64,000 bases of DNA from Ptychodera flava (Eukaryota). The notes beneath the pieces were generated by a model. The model was not told where the DNA came from and did not search any database. It saw nothing but the letters and a program-made list of their open reading frames with translations. The position numbers were made by a program, and so were the translations under genes. The DNA is taken from contig NC_091937.1 in the NCBI RefSeq assembly GCF_041260155.1, positions 6,576,626 to 6,640,625 on the forward strand, read 5' to 3'. Positions 50,320 through 62,900 of the stretch are shown here, in pieces. The stretch's first letter is position 1, and every line of letters starts with the position of its first letter.

Positions 50320-53153
50320 CTGTATACAAACAAAACACCATGAATGGGAAATTAGTTTTGTGTACTTTAAACAACAACACACAAGAAGGGCTGCATATCA
50401 TGTTGGTAGTATCAGTGTTTTTCATAGCTTGTAAAAACAGTGGGACAGGCAATTTACATAACAATGCACAATATGCATATTCTTTTGATGTGAAAAATGT
50501 ATTCTAGATCACTAGAAATACAAAGTGGTAGCCCACTGCTCAAAATCCCCTTAATAATTGTGGATAGTTTTGAACAGGTGCAGAAAAATGCTATCTAGAA
50601 TGAAACTGTTTGAATATATAGAGATAATTCTTGATGAGTGTTCAGGCACTGTTGGGATGAGATAGGGAGACATCTCCTAGATGGTGATTGATTTTTTACT
50701 TGCCCTTGACACAGTTCCAGGCTGTCTCTAGAGGGCGCACATGCACTGGCTGATAAGACTTCTTATTAACTTACAAATTACATATGATAGTGAACTTAAT
50801 TTTCAATAAGACCTGAACCAAAGAAATTATGTTAAGTATACCGGTATTTAGTACAATGAAATCAGTACATTAACAGATCACATAATGTTTTTATCATAAT
50901 TGGGCAGAAATTTGATAATACTAGTCGTAAATCATCAATAGGCAGAATTTACAGCAAAATCATAGTGAAATCACAAAATATATGCTGCAATATTACAGTG
51001 TTCAATGGTCAGCTGTAGTTTGTTATATGTCATCGTTACAGAGAAAGAAACCTCCAGTCTAAAATAAATAGTAAATCTCTGCCATGAGATATGATTGATA
51101 ATGTGTAAAATTTCTCTCTCTGTGTTGAAATTAAACCCACACACGCTGGGTGATATCGTGAAATTGTACACCGCTCAGAATTAAAGTACCCTTGACTCTT
51201 TGACTGCTGCTTTTATGAATAATTCATCAAACGACTACTTCCTGATAGTTCAATGGAAATGACATAAACAGATGTGCCAAGTCCTGAAGGCATGAACGCA
51301 GAGCTTCCAACAAATGAAATAGCTCCATGTTCAAATCAATTGCTTACAATGACATTACGGAAACACTAGTCATCTGGAACGTGATCTTTCTTACCATAGA
51401 TTGGAAAGGGGTATTCTAATCCTACATGAAGGGCTGAGTATTCGGTACAACAACTTTTCCTGTGAATGCCATGTGTCTCTATGAATTATTTCATCAAATT
51501 CCACAGGAAAATATGAATAATATTCCTACGTATATTATATCACTGAAGATTCTCTAATCCTCTAGTGCAGAATTACATTTTATCAATAACTTCTTGAAGC
51601 CACTGAATTTGATTTCAGTGAGTTTTTTCAGGTTCATATTGCTGTCAGCAACAGATATTTCATTCTTTCAAATTTACCACAAAATATTGGCAATTTGCAC
51701 CTACCATGTATTTCACCAAATTTTTCATATTTTTCATCCTTAAAAATTTAACACATAATATTCTGCAATCTGTATCTTTATTTACATTTGTACAATTACA
51801 GTGTATATTTAGATTTGATTTATTGAAATGGGTTCAAAGTATTAGACAGAGCAGCTATGAAATGATATACCGGTACATGCAATATGAGTCAGACAGGGAT
51901 AGTATTTCATTTTTGCCAAAATCAAGATTTCTCTTCAACTGATTGAGTTACTAGTATTGCTGTCTTCATGATTTACAACTACCGCAGTATGAATCGAACG
52001 TCCGAACTGATAATTCGGCCTTTTTTTCATATCACTTGTCATGCAAAGAAACATTACAATTGAAACTTTAATAGGCAGCCTTGTGATAATTATATATTAT
52101 GTCTCATATGAGTTTTCTGAATTTCAGTGAAATCTGACGGAATCACATTTCCTGATACGTATACTGGTACATATGAACCATCAGAACTTGTTTTTAATGA
52201 AGTCTTCAGGGAACTGAGTAGCTGCACTCAGATAGTGAATGTAACATGAACCAATAAATGTCCCTGGTTTTAACACTTGAGCTAGTTGCTATTTCAATGT
52301 TTTTCTTTCAGGTGGAATGCACCGTGGGGATATTTGGACTCTCAACCTGTCAAGATTCTTTTCTGGTCCCACCACTTGTGGAGGCACATTTTGAAGTTCA
52401 TGAAGTGACTAAAGCTCAGCTTACTGGGTTGCTTTTGTGAAAATCATAAATTTATTTTTCCTCATTAGAGTTAGGACAGGGATGGTGGCCATTTTGAATT
52501 TAAAGTATAAGTAAAATTGGGTAATCTGTAGTACAAAATTTTGCATGATCACAACTGATTTTTATTCATGATTTCAAAAGGGAATAATTTAAACATTCCT
52601 ATAGACAGTTTGAACAAAAGTTTATATCTTTTAATTTCAAGGTGCGTATTACCTTAAGCTCCCTCATGGTTTGTGTTTGTTATAAAACTTCACTGACCAA
52701 ACTATTTTGTGCACTGTAAATCTTCCCTCGCATTTAAAATTTGCTGCAGCTTTTTAAAATAGTAATGGTTGAAAACACACACTTGGACTTGAACTAGAAC
52801 ACGAAAGAGATTGTACTGTATGCATGAAATGGAGTTGATAACGGTAGAAACAGTAAAATACTCAATGATTAGTTTATACAATTGAATTGATTGAATGATT
52901 ATTATAAAGCAATGTAATATTTGCTCATGACTAGCGTTACCTGCATCTGGATTTATTTTGCTAGATACCACCTTGTAGGATAAAAGTTTGTACCATACTC
53001 TATCCTCTCTTTTCAGAACCAAAGTTTGGTATAACCTCATTGTATTCTATAGCATAGCTGTACCACTTTGTAGAAAGAGAGAGGCAAAAGTATTGGAACT
53101 GATCAGATCATCTGGAATGTGATATTCTGATACTGATAAATGCATATACTTAC

Positions 53154-53403
53154 ACCAACAATGGTTTTCCTTGTACCCGTTTGTCTCCCAGCACAGCCTT
53201 CAGAGTTTCCCTTGACTCTTCCAGTCTCTCTTGATCAGCGGCATCAATGACAAATACAACCCCATGGCTTTCAGAGTAGTAGTTCCGCCAGATTCCTCGG
53301 ATCTTCTTGCCACCTCCGAGGTCATAGACCGTAATTTGAAACTTGTCAACCTTAAAGTCTACACTTGAGAAACCTACAGTTGGGGCAACACTTTCAAGAG
53401 GCT
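53154..53403 (-). CDS. ARL13B: ARL13B-like exon 3 (GTPase core). Encodes EPLESVAPTVGFSSVDFKVDKFQITVYDLGGGKKIRGIWRNYYSESHGVVFVIDAADQERLEESRETLKAVLGDKRVQGKPLLV.
   Basis: Acceptor tgtttcag|AG, donor TTGGT|GTAAGT. Contains the ARL13-specific DLGGG switch-II motif (human FDLGGGIRIRGIWKNYY) and APTVGF. 250 bp, phase-consistent. Confidence 0.9.
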
Positions 53404-56400
53404 CTGAAACAGGAAGAGAATAAATGTATAAACTATATGCTTTCTCAGTTTACTTACACACTTTACTTTGAACACCAAACAACTACCAGTGATAATTTTT
53501 CCCCTTTCTCTCCCTTGCTTTTGGTTTGTTCCTATTATTTCAATAGTGTAGACAGACCCATGAATAAAGAAATGGGTTGGCTAAAATTCCATCATAGTGA
53601 ACCTGTGAGATTTTGGGGGCTTTTTCGTGGGTATAAACATTTCAAGGAACCTTTTCATCATCACGTTATGGTTGGTAAAACACTTAGTGTCCAATGGGAA
53701 GTATGGACCTGTACATGTACAGCAGGAAAAACCAATAGGGATGAAATAATGGTACATGAGCATGCAGGCTTGCTGTTCTGCGCTAGGGTATTTATTTCAA
53801 TTGCCTTAATTGTTATACATGTATGGCTCCATTAAGTAATGACATGTCCACAGGTGACAACACGGATATTGCATTTTACTTGTAGTCAGCAAATGGCGCT
53901 GAACTGGATAACAAATTCTCCATGCAATAAATGATAAATTGTGGCTCAAATTACTCCACTGAATATACTGCAATTTGTCATGTTGGGGTTTTCAGATTTG
54001 TGCGGCTCGGTTAAATTTTCGGTTTGTGAAAAATTTTCTCTTGCTCTTGATTAAGTCTACTGGTTCCAAGTGGTTGGTATGATAATTAGCTGGGAGACAT
54101 CTCCTAGTAATCCACATATAGGTATGTGTTCTATCCATCATGTCTGCCATGTTCACAATTATCATCCGTTATGAAGATAATGAGTAATTATTAGCCATTG
54201 GTTGAGTTCCACTTGGTACAGATGATTGTATGCAATCACATAATGACATTACGTTAATGTCAATAAGCATAAAAAGGCCTACCAGTATTTACAATGTAAA
54301 CACTTACTATTCCCATAATACATTCCCAAACAAGCTATTCGAAATGGGAGACCATAATATTAACAATTCAGACATTAATTTCTATATTTTTGATGTATTT
54401 ATTTAAATGCACTATGAAAAACCTCACAATTTTTTATTGTGAATGCTAAATAATGAGAATTTTTATTTTTTTTACGAATATTTGCATCATCACAATTTTT
54501 CTTTAAACAATGCGGCAGACAAATAAACAATAAAATCGCAATTACTGCAAAAAACCTGCAAAACAGACTTTAAATCTGGAAATAAAATATTATTTTATCC
54601 TTATTTGCTATTTTATTACAGAAATTAAGACATGTAGACAAATTCTGACTAGACTTCTTTTGCAGAGAGACATGAAGAAAATGTTTTGTGAATTGATACC
54701 TTGTGCTTGGACTTTCTACCAGCAGGCAGCCATATTGAATTTCAGATTAATGATGGTTTTACTGCGCCCATTGAGAAGCACACAAATTTCATTCATTAAA
54801 ACGGACTCTGAATTCCTTTTTGGGAAGTTTTGAATTCTCAGTCTTAAAACTTTTCACTTTTGATATTTGGTAAGTAATTAGTAACCTGTCTGTCAACTCA
54901 AGTGTTTATTTGATGTTTTGACTGTGTAGTTGACAACATCCCCTGAGCAAGCAATGATTTGAGACTGAAATTCAAGGAAAAGGCAAGTGACACGGTGTAA
55001 GTTCAACACCACCACAGTCTAGCATTACAGTAGTCTAGTACCGTATTTCCTGTCCTGTTTTCGTATACAAAACTATTGATGTATCAAGCAAGGGATAGAT
55101 TACTAGACTATGGTACAGGTAGCTGACCAATGATAATAGACATAGCAATAATTTGGAATTTCATCATCACCGATATTGTCCTTTTAACATATAAACAAAA
55201 TTAGAAAAAAAAACATGAGTAGAATAATTTCTACAATGGATTATCCAGAAAAAGACAAGAAATAACAAAATTTGCAAATTATCACAATAGCAATGACTGT
55301 CACTAGAACCAACTTTCAACATAAGACAAAGGGTGATGTGAAGTTTGAATTCCCACTATTTTCAGAACAGCAATTATAAAATTTTTGATGTCCAGGATTT
55401 GTTGCTATGGTGACATTGCCTATATTATGGCCTTTTGGGTTTTTAGAAATTATAAATATGGTATTCTCAAAAGTGCTAATTACCTTCATGTACAATTACA
55501 AGTTCCTATCATATTTTTGTTTTGACAAAGAAAATCACATTCACCACACCAACCCCCAACAACCAAATGTACATGTCACATTTTTCAGTTTAAGCATAAC
55601 AAATAAGAGATCACCAATGGATTAATCTCAACTTTATACCATAGAAAGATGTGGCTATAACACACCTGTAAGTATTTTACAAACTTAAAGTTAGCAGATC
55701 TATTCATATTAAGATGGTCCACCTACAGCTCTTGAATATGTTAGCAGACTCAATGAATACATGGCACAGACGGCATAGATAGTAGCAATTCAATGTACAC
55801 ACTGAGTTTCCTTTGCAAGTAGAAGAAGTGTTTATTAGCGGTATCACCATGCTACATAATTCCATGCCAATTAATCATTTCAACAGGTTTAAAAAGAGAA
55901 TATCCTTCTATGAAAAGCAATATGATTTCAGTTCCTTGAATTTTTTTCCCATTTGATAATTAAAGCATCCATTCATAATGAACATAGTAAAAAAAAAATT
56001 ATCCTGGTAATTTTGAAGTGATTCATTGCCCTTTGCTGGCCATGCATTCCTGGTCTGTACTTCTGATGGTACTACATGTAAACCGTACTCAGATAAGAAC
56101 TGTTTTATTTAATTTGTAAGTCACTATTCTTAAATTCTATGCCTCTGATACAAAGGTGAACTGAAATTGTAATTGCAGGATCAAATAAATCAAACAAAGG
56201 GACTTTAGTTTGTTTTTAAACACTGCGATTAAACATTAATTTACAGGATATGTTCACACAAAATACATTATTTACTCATCGCAAAACTTTTTTGACAAAC
56301 AGAAAGCTTATCAAATACGTTATTATTCAAGAGACATTTAATTTTTGTTACAATGTCAAGTAAACGTGTTGAAAAAGTTGTACATTCATATGCAGACTGA

Positions 56401-57807
56401 TATCAGACATGTAGTTTTTACAGATTACAACTTTTGCTGTGTTATAACACAGGAGACACTGAGGTTGTACACATGCTTTATCAAAGACACATGTTTGATA
56501 AATTGTGACAGAACACCTGACACCTTGTTGATCTGTGATAAAAAGGGCACAGGTTCATATGCTCAAGGTGACGTCAATTCAACAATTTAGAAATTTATCT
56601 GGATAGATTAACACTTATCAGTTTAGTGCATACATATTATTTGCAATAGCTACTACAAGTTGTCAATATGTAATGTGGCTGCATAAGTGTCGAACCCTGA
56701 TTGAAATTAAATGAATGTTTCATTCCTACAATTGAAATTGAATGAACGTTTGATTCGTACGAGATCTGCAACATCAAATGATGTCGGTATATGGTCTAGC
56801 AGTACACCTTTGCAATGTCCATGCATTCAGCAGTACAAAAGTTTGATACAATCCAGTGATTAAGATTACCATCAGATGTTACATCTGATGTAATTGTAAC
56901 AAGTTTCCTACTTACATGTATTATCCACTAATGGTCTAACAGTCTAACTAACAAAAAAACATGCATGAATTGCTATTAGCAAAAATATAACACAGTTAAT
57001 GGTGAATGTGTTGATAAACACTTCTTCTGTATTTTTTGGCCGATCTTTTATTTCTTCAAGACACGCACTGCACCCTATTCATTTAAAACTGTATGGTATA
57101 CATGTATCTCTAAACTTTATGACAGAGAGAAGTTTGACATCATATTTGACTTCAAAAGCATAGTTTAGACACAAAGTTACAAAATATTAGAGACCTAATA
57201 TTTGGCACATTGCATCCACGATGAATGTAAGAATTACTGGCAAGAGGATGTCATATCATTATTACTGTAGATTGAGTGGGTAGCCTTTTTCATGCAAGGA
57301 GATAGATGGGACTTCACTGAATGGAAGTTGGTTTTCAAATTAAAAGTTCAATGCCCTAAAGTAATGGATCTGGTGGTTCCAGGGAGTACACTAGAGAACT
57401 TTGGCCGGGTTGCCATGATCCAAATATCAAATTGACAAATTATTTCATGTTTATTGTTCATAGCCTGATCATAGTCCCTCCCTTGGATGGGAGTGACTAG
57501 TGCCTATGGACTGAGTCACAATGTTTGTCTGAAAACTTCCTTTGGACTAGAATGAAAAGTGAAATCTGCATTGACATTGGAGAATGACAAACAAGTTGCA
57601 TGAAATGATACTTGATGAAAAAACAAAGTAATCTGTCTAATCTTGAGCATTATCTTTCAAACACCCTATTGGTTTGCTGCTTTATAAGGCTTTTGAGCAA
57701 AATGATAGCATTGTGGTATTGAACACTGAACAGGAAATATCATTGTGTTATGCCAGATGGGGAGTTGATTGAGATGGGCAAGTCTTATCGCGGTCACTTC
57801 AAAAAAG

Positions 57808-58750
57808 TGGTCTTACATAATGCACAGTCGCTCAAGAGTTATTCAGCTCTTGGACTAGTCGCCCCATAGACGAGTATACAGAAGAGAGAAATACCTCAAG
57901 TCTGGAAACAGAATGGCTATAAAAACCACGCCATGTCACATTCCGTGTCCGATTTCACTGTGAAAATTAGCAAGTTCAACTATCATGCAACGCGTCGATC
58001 GTTCCCTACCATTCTAAAAAATCATACCTGATACTATATCTGATTCAAAAACGCTCGTTTCGTGTGATTTTCGGCCGAATTCGACGGACAACTCGCCAAA
58101 ACCTGGGGGTGAGCAACATTCCGGTCACCTCTTGGGTACCTCCACTTTACTGACGTTTGCGCAGCCTACCCATGAGGGATGACTGGAATGTTGCTCACGC
58201 TTATGTTTTGGCCAGGTGTCTCTTGAACTCGGCCGAAAATCACAGGAAATGAGCATTTTGTAAGCAGATGAAGTATCACGTATGAATTTTTCGTGTGATT
58301 TTTCGGCCGAGTTCAGAAGACACGTCGCCAAAACATAAGGCATGAACAACCTTCCAGTCACCCCTCATGGGTACGCGGCGCTAACGTCAGTAAAGTGGAG
58401 GTGCCCAACGTCCACTGTGAGGTGCCCGGAATGTTGCTCACGCTTATGTTTTAGCGACGTGTCCGTCGAATTCGGCCGAAAATCACACGAAACGAGCGTT
58501 TGTGAAGCAAATCAAGTACCAGGTATGAATTTTGAGAATGATAGGGAACGGTCGACGGTTACATGATAGATGAACTTGCTACTTTTCACGGTAAAATCGA
58601 ACATCGAAGTTGACATGGTGGCAAAATCCCTATACGAAATAGCCATTCTGTTTCCAGACTTGAGGTATTTCTCGCTTCTGTATACTCGTCTATGGGGCGA
58701 CTAGTCCCAGAGCTGAATAACTCTCGAGCGACTGTACATAATGGAAGAAT
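57808..58750. mobile_element. Foldback-type element: ~940-bp near-perfect nested palindrome in ARL13B-like intron 2.
   Basis: The outer arm at 57808-57918 is the reverse complement of 58641-58750. The inner arm at 57960-58110 is the reverse complement of 58380-58600. The centre (58120-58380) carries four alternating-orientation copies of cgtgtgattttcggccga(a/g)ttc...cgccaaaac...gagcaacattcc. Symmetry centre ~58265. Confidence 0.75.
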
Positions 58751-59141
58751 TTTTATCAGTGGCTGGATAATGGTGAGCAGTCAATATTGGTATAATAAAT
58801 TAAGGTAAATATCACATCTCAGCGGGTAGTGCAGAAATGGTGTTGACAAAGTCCCCTGGTCAGTGTCACTTTCAATTTGAGAAAAGCATGACACGCATGA
58901 GATGAAAATGTCCAATCTAAATATCCACAATTATACTGTGTCACAAATATCATCATGTGGTCTATATCATCCAGTCAGAAAAATCACCACAATTTCAAGT
59001 GTTTTGTCGCAGTGACTTATTGCTAGCTCATGGTATTTTGAAAGTTCAAATCACACTGTCTAAACGAGACTACAGTACAGTCTCTGATTTTTTACAAAAG
59101 TGGCCATCATTTTCAAATTTGTCTTATTATCTGCAGCTTAC

Positions 59142-59212
59142 CTCCTTTGACCCCCTTGATGGCTGTAGTTTTGCCAGCATTATCAAGACCAACCAAGCAT
59201 AGTGTCACTTTC
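59142..59212 (-). CDS. ARL13B: ARL13B-like exon 2. Encodes (R)KVTLCLVGLDNAGKTTAIKGVKG (P-loop).
   Basis: Acceptor ttctccag|G, donor GGAG|GTAAGC. Translation contains the G1/P-loop motif GLDNAGKT, as in ARL13B (VTLLMVGLDNAGKTAT). Phase-consistent with exons 1 and 3. Confidence 0.88.
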
Positions 59213-59302
59213 CTGGAGAAAAATTACATGCAGTGGTTAATGCACATTGTTTCACATCAACAGAAACGTTGAGTCTTTTAAAACATATCCACATAGCTAT
59301 GC

Positions 59303-59932
59303 TGCAAAATTGTAGCGCTATACGGTGAGGCGGTCGGTGATTTTTGGTTTTTGCGACTTCGCTCACCAGTAGCGCTACAAGGCCGATGGCCCTGGGGAGT
59401 ATCATATAAGCGCGTCGTATTCGACCAGGCGTTTTGATGTGGAATGCAACATATTTACTGCATTTGGTCGTACCGATTTATCACTACTGAAGACTAAACA
59501 GTATACTGCACTAACTTTGTCATTTATGGGGTTTGGAATTTGTTCAAACACGACGATCGCGTTCTGAAAACATTGAGCGTGGGGCGTCGGTGTTTGTGGG
59601 AGCCGCCATTACCGGAAGTTGGTAATGACGGCTCCCAGAAATGTTTCGGAACGCGATCGTCGTGTTTGAACAAATTCCAAACCCCATAAATGACAAAGTT
59701 AGTGCAGTATACTGTTTAGTCTTCAGTAGTGATAAATCGGTACGACCAAATGCAGTAAATATGTTGCATTCCACATCAAAACGCCTGGTCGAATACGACG
59801 CGCTTATATGATACTCCCCAGGGCCATCGGCCTTGTAGCGCTACTGGTGAGCGAAGTCGCAAAAACCAAAAATCACCGACCGCCTCACCGTAGCGCTACA
59901 ATTTTGCAGCTATCCACATAGCTATGCAGAGA
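59303..59932. mobile_element. Large palindrome / foldback element (~275-bp arms, ~80-bp centre) in ARL13B-like intron 1, flanked by a 15-bp direct repeat.
   Basis: ctgcaaaattgtagcgctatacggtgaggcggtcgg... at 59303 is mirrored at ...ccgaccgcctcaccgtagcgctacaattttgcag, ending 59932. The centre holds its own small hairpin gagccgccattaccggaagttggtaatgacggctc. Flanks: atccacatagctatg occurs at 59288-59302 and 59918-59932. Confidence 0.8.
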
Positions 59933-60297
59933 CTATGCAGAGACTATGCACAGAAGTTTAAAATTGACCCATGAAAAGCTGTAATTTTCCACCGTGATTT
60001 TAATAAGGTAGCTTTCAGATTTGCAAGAATGCAATGGAAAACTTCAAAGGACATCAGCTTCATCTATTATCAGAAATAGAAACGACAGCCAGACACTGAG
60101 CTTCTGTTTGACATCACCAGAACAGACCTTGGCCTTGGTGAACCCGCTGTGAAAAAGAAACTTAATTTGGGAAGAATTGAAGCCACATCACATAAAGTAA
60201 TAACTTTTCTGGTACATTGTAACTTTTTGGCAGCAATGAGTCTGGTATGTATTTTCATACTACTGACTGTAGATGTAGTAAAATGGGAATAACTTAC

Positions 60298-60356
60298 CTT
60301 GGAGGCACTCGCCTTTCTTTGATCCAAACGAAACAGTTCCCCATCAGGCTAAACAT
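60298..60356 (-). CDS. ARL13B: ARL13B-like exon 1 (start codon at 60356). Encodes MFSLMGNCFVWIKERRVPP, then donor CCAAG|GTAAGT.
   Basis: Minus-strand ATG followed by a peptide matching the vertebrate ARL13B N-terminus ([21 protein letters not shown]) from memory, including the conserved Cys8. Consensus GTAAGT donor. Lies at the edge of a CpG island. Ends in phase 2 and joins exon 2 in frame. Confidence 0.8.
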
Positions 60357-60359
60357 ACC

Positions 60360-61200
60360 CCCGGTAGCAATAAATATCGAATCATAAAACACTGAAAAAT
60401 AATGTCGACATCTGAAATGAAGCGGGAAGTTTTCTTCCTTCTCCTGAGAAAATTGACGGTTTGCCCGTATTTGAAATCGTTGGTGTTAGTTCCCAGCAGT
60501 GCAGTGTCCGCTAGCTAGCGAAGTACAAGCTCTGAATCATTCAGTGTTCTACCGGCTTCGAATAGAACGTCCTCACCGGTTCCGAGTGTTCCAACCCGAT
60601 TGTGGAACAAGAAAAATGCGTAAACCTCTCTGTATAACAAGACCACTGACTGCGTAGTAAAATGTTCGGATTACTCGCTCGAAGTGAGTTTAAAATGAAG
60701 TCAGTCTTCAAAGTTTATAGTGGTGGCCGTTCACAGAAACATTACACAGACGCCGCCATATTGGTTGCTGTTTGCGAATAACAGAGGGTATCCTGCCTGA
60801 CGTATTAGTCACGTGGTTATTGTTGTGTTGTCTTGGAGACGGTTCGATAAATTTTAATGTAGTTCTCACTTGGCGGTCGAAGGTCAAGCACCGCATTTTT
60901 TGATCTTCCTTACAAATTTTCCAAATATTGTGCAAAATCGCATTTCTTGATCATAGGCGCTTGCTGAGGCATAACTTCGCAAACTGCCGTTTCTTCCAGT
61001 GGACAATGAATAAAGTTGTGTCACTTTCCTTTCGAACCGATGAGGCACGTCGAATCCGATTTTGCAGAGCGCCACCAAATATATTCTCGCAGAGGTCGCC
61101 AACAATATCTTTTGCACTACATTGTGTGAAAACTGCATGTAATATACAGACAAACACAAAGGAGCTGATTTATGGAAAAACAGTTACATTGTGAAATTGA
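60360..61200. promoter_or_regulatory. CpG island / putative promoter and 5' UTR of ARL13B-like gene (possibly bidirectional).
   Basis: Local CpG density is much higher than in the rest of the window. Contains CCAAT (caaccaatatggcgg), CRE-like tgacgta and E-box cacgtg (tgacgtattagtcacgtgg). Sits immediately 5' of the minus-strand ATG at 60356. Confidence 0.55.
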
Positions 61201-62594
61201 AGCTGCAGTTGTCTGTCCCATGATCCCTAAAACTTGAAACTAATAGTGGATAAACATTGACAAATTTATTAAAATAGGGGGTGTTGCGTATTTTATAGTT
61301 AGGCCTAGTAGGCTATTGGTTGATCATAAAAGAACGACGTAATGAATTGTTGGTATATGGGGCAAATTAGGCGGAAATGGTTAAATCGAACTTGTTGCAG
61401 ATGGCATATTTGGCATATTGTTGTTGTTGTTGTTTTGTGGATAAACCATTAAATAACCACTTTCGATAAGCAATTAGGCCTATGCTTCGAAATTTTAAAC
61501 TTATGCGCTGAGTTGCTATAAATAATACAATATTTACACTACTCAAGTTTTTTTTTATCAGACGGTACACGTTTCTTTCATCAGAAGTTTTTAAATTGGT
61601 GATATCAATCCGACTTTGAAGAATGGCTAGGTCACTGGACCATACTTGACTACCAACATCAAGACATCTTCGTATTAAAAATAGTGAATCATCATCATCC
61701 AGTCTGCATACCCCACGCGATGCCAAAACCAAAACTTGACAGAACGTCGTTAATAACTTTGTTATGCAAAGTTACATGTAATCTTTCTAAAAGCAGAGTG
61801 TTTCCAAAGACTGTCTACCAAATCCTATATAGTAGCTCGAGGTAAAGGGTATTAGGGTGGGACGGTTTTGCCGTCCGACCAAAATAGCCTACTCAGGCAA
61901 AACCTCGAGCTACTGTACTGCAGCTACCAAATCCCGAGCCACTCACGTAGGGCAAAATGGTCACCTACCCTCGGGCACATAGTCCCATGATTAGGCTATA
62001 ATCTATTTTGGTTTTTTTCCCCTTAATATGTTGCCTATGATACATTTTTTCGGAAATATTGTGGTCAGTGTTTGATCGCCCTGAACCCCCTGAAAAATAA
62101 CAATAATTTGGAAAAAATATCCCTGCCGATCTACCTACCCTATTTTTGAAAACCATGTTATCGGAACAGCAGAATCTATTTATTTACTTATTTTTTGCCT
62201 ACAATGAGAGTATAGAGAAGACGATAAATGATTACACAGTTAGCGGGCTTTTAAAAACGCCATCAATCGACAAAGTTCCGAAAGTTATAAATGCAGCGCC
62301 CCCACACTTCAGAATGTCGTTCGTTGTTCATTCATTGAAATCGAGGCTACCTAATGTTTGGGTTTTGCTAATGAGGCCATCTTGAAAATCGGAGGATTGT
62401 GCTGTGTAGATAAGCCGCGTACCCTTTGGAATATCTGCTATCATCTGCGTCATTCCACAACCAAATTCGTCGAAAACAGCGGTGATACATCGTGGAATAA
62501 TAGTCACACCATCGGATTTTGTTTTTGTTTGGTTAGAGTGGGAACTATTTGGACATTTAGCCGTGTGAAACTTGCAGGCTTTCACAGTCCAAAA

Positions 62595-62900
62595 ATGGCC
62601 TGTGGTGCAACGTTAAAACGGACTCTAGATTTTGATCCTTTACATAGTCCTTCGCCGTCACCGAAAAGACGAAGATGTGTGCCTCTTATACCGCCAACAA
62701 CACCACAGACAAAGGCGCATCAGTTAGAACCGTCACCGTTTGGCCACGTTTCACCAAAGTTAACGCCAGGTAAGACCGGAAGAAGACAAAGACGCTGCAA
62801 AAACAGGTCGAACATTGCGAGTCAAGTGGAGCATAATTTAAATGGCGTCGTTTGCAAGTTTGAGCCTGTTCGAAAGCTCATTGTTTTATCACGATTTTGA
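62595..62900 (+). CDS. Candidate small basic protein ORF (101 aa). Encodes [101 protein letters not shown].
   Basis: ATG with aaaaATGg context ~1.4 kb beyond the CpG island, on the strand opposite ARL13B-like. SP/KRRR-rich (NLS-like). A possible GT donor at ~62770 (CGCCAG|GTAAGACC) means it may instead be a first coding exon. No family recognised. Confidence 0.3.
   Translation: MACGATLKRTLDFDPLHSPSPSPKRRRCVPLIPPTTPQTKAHQLEPSPFGHVSPKLTPGKTGRRQRRCKNRSNIASQVEHNLNGVVCKFEPVRKLIVLSRF

Noticed and set aside
53365-53835. Plus-strand 156-aa ORF overlapping ARL13B-like exon 3
   Set aside because: It is antisense to a strongly supported GTPase exon and extends across intron sequence. It has no homology and no splice logic, so it is a shadow ORF.
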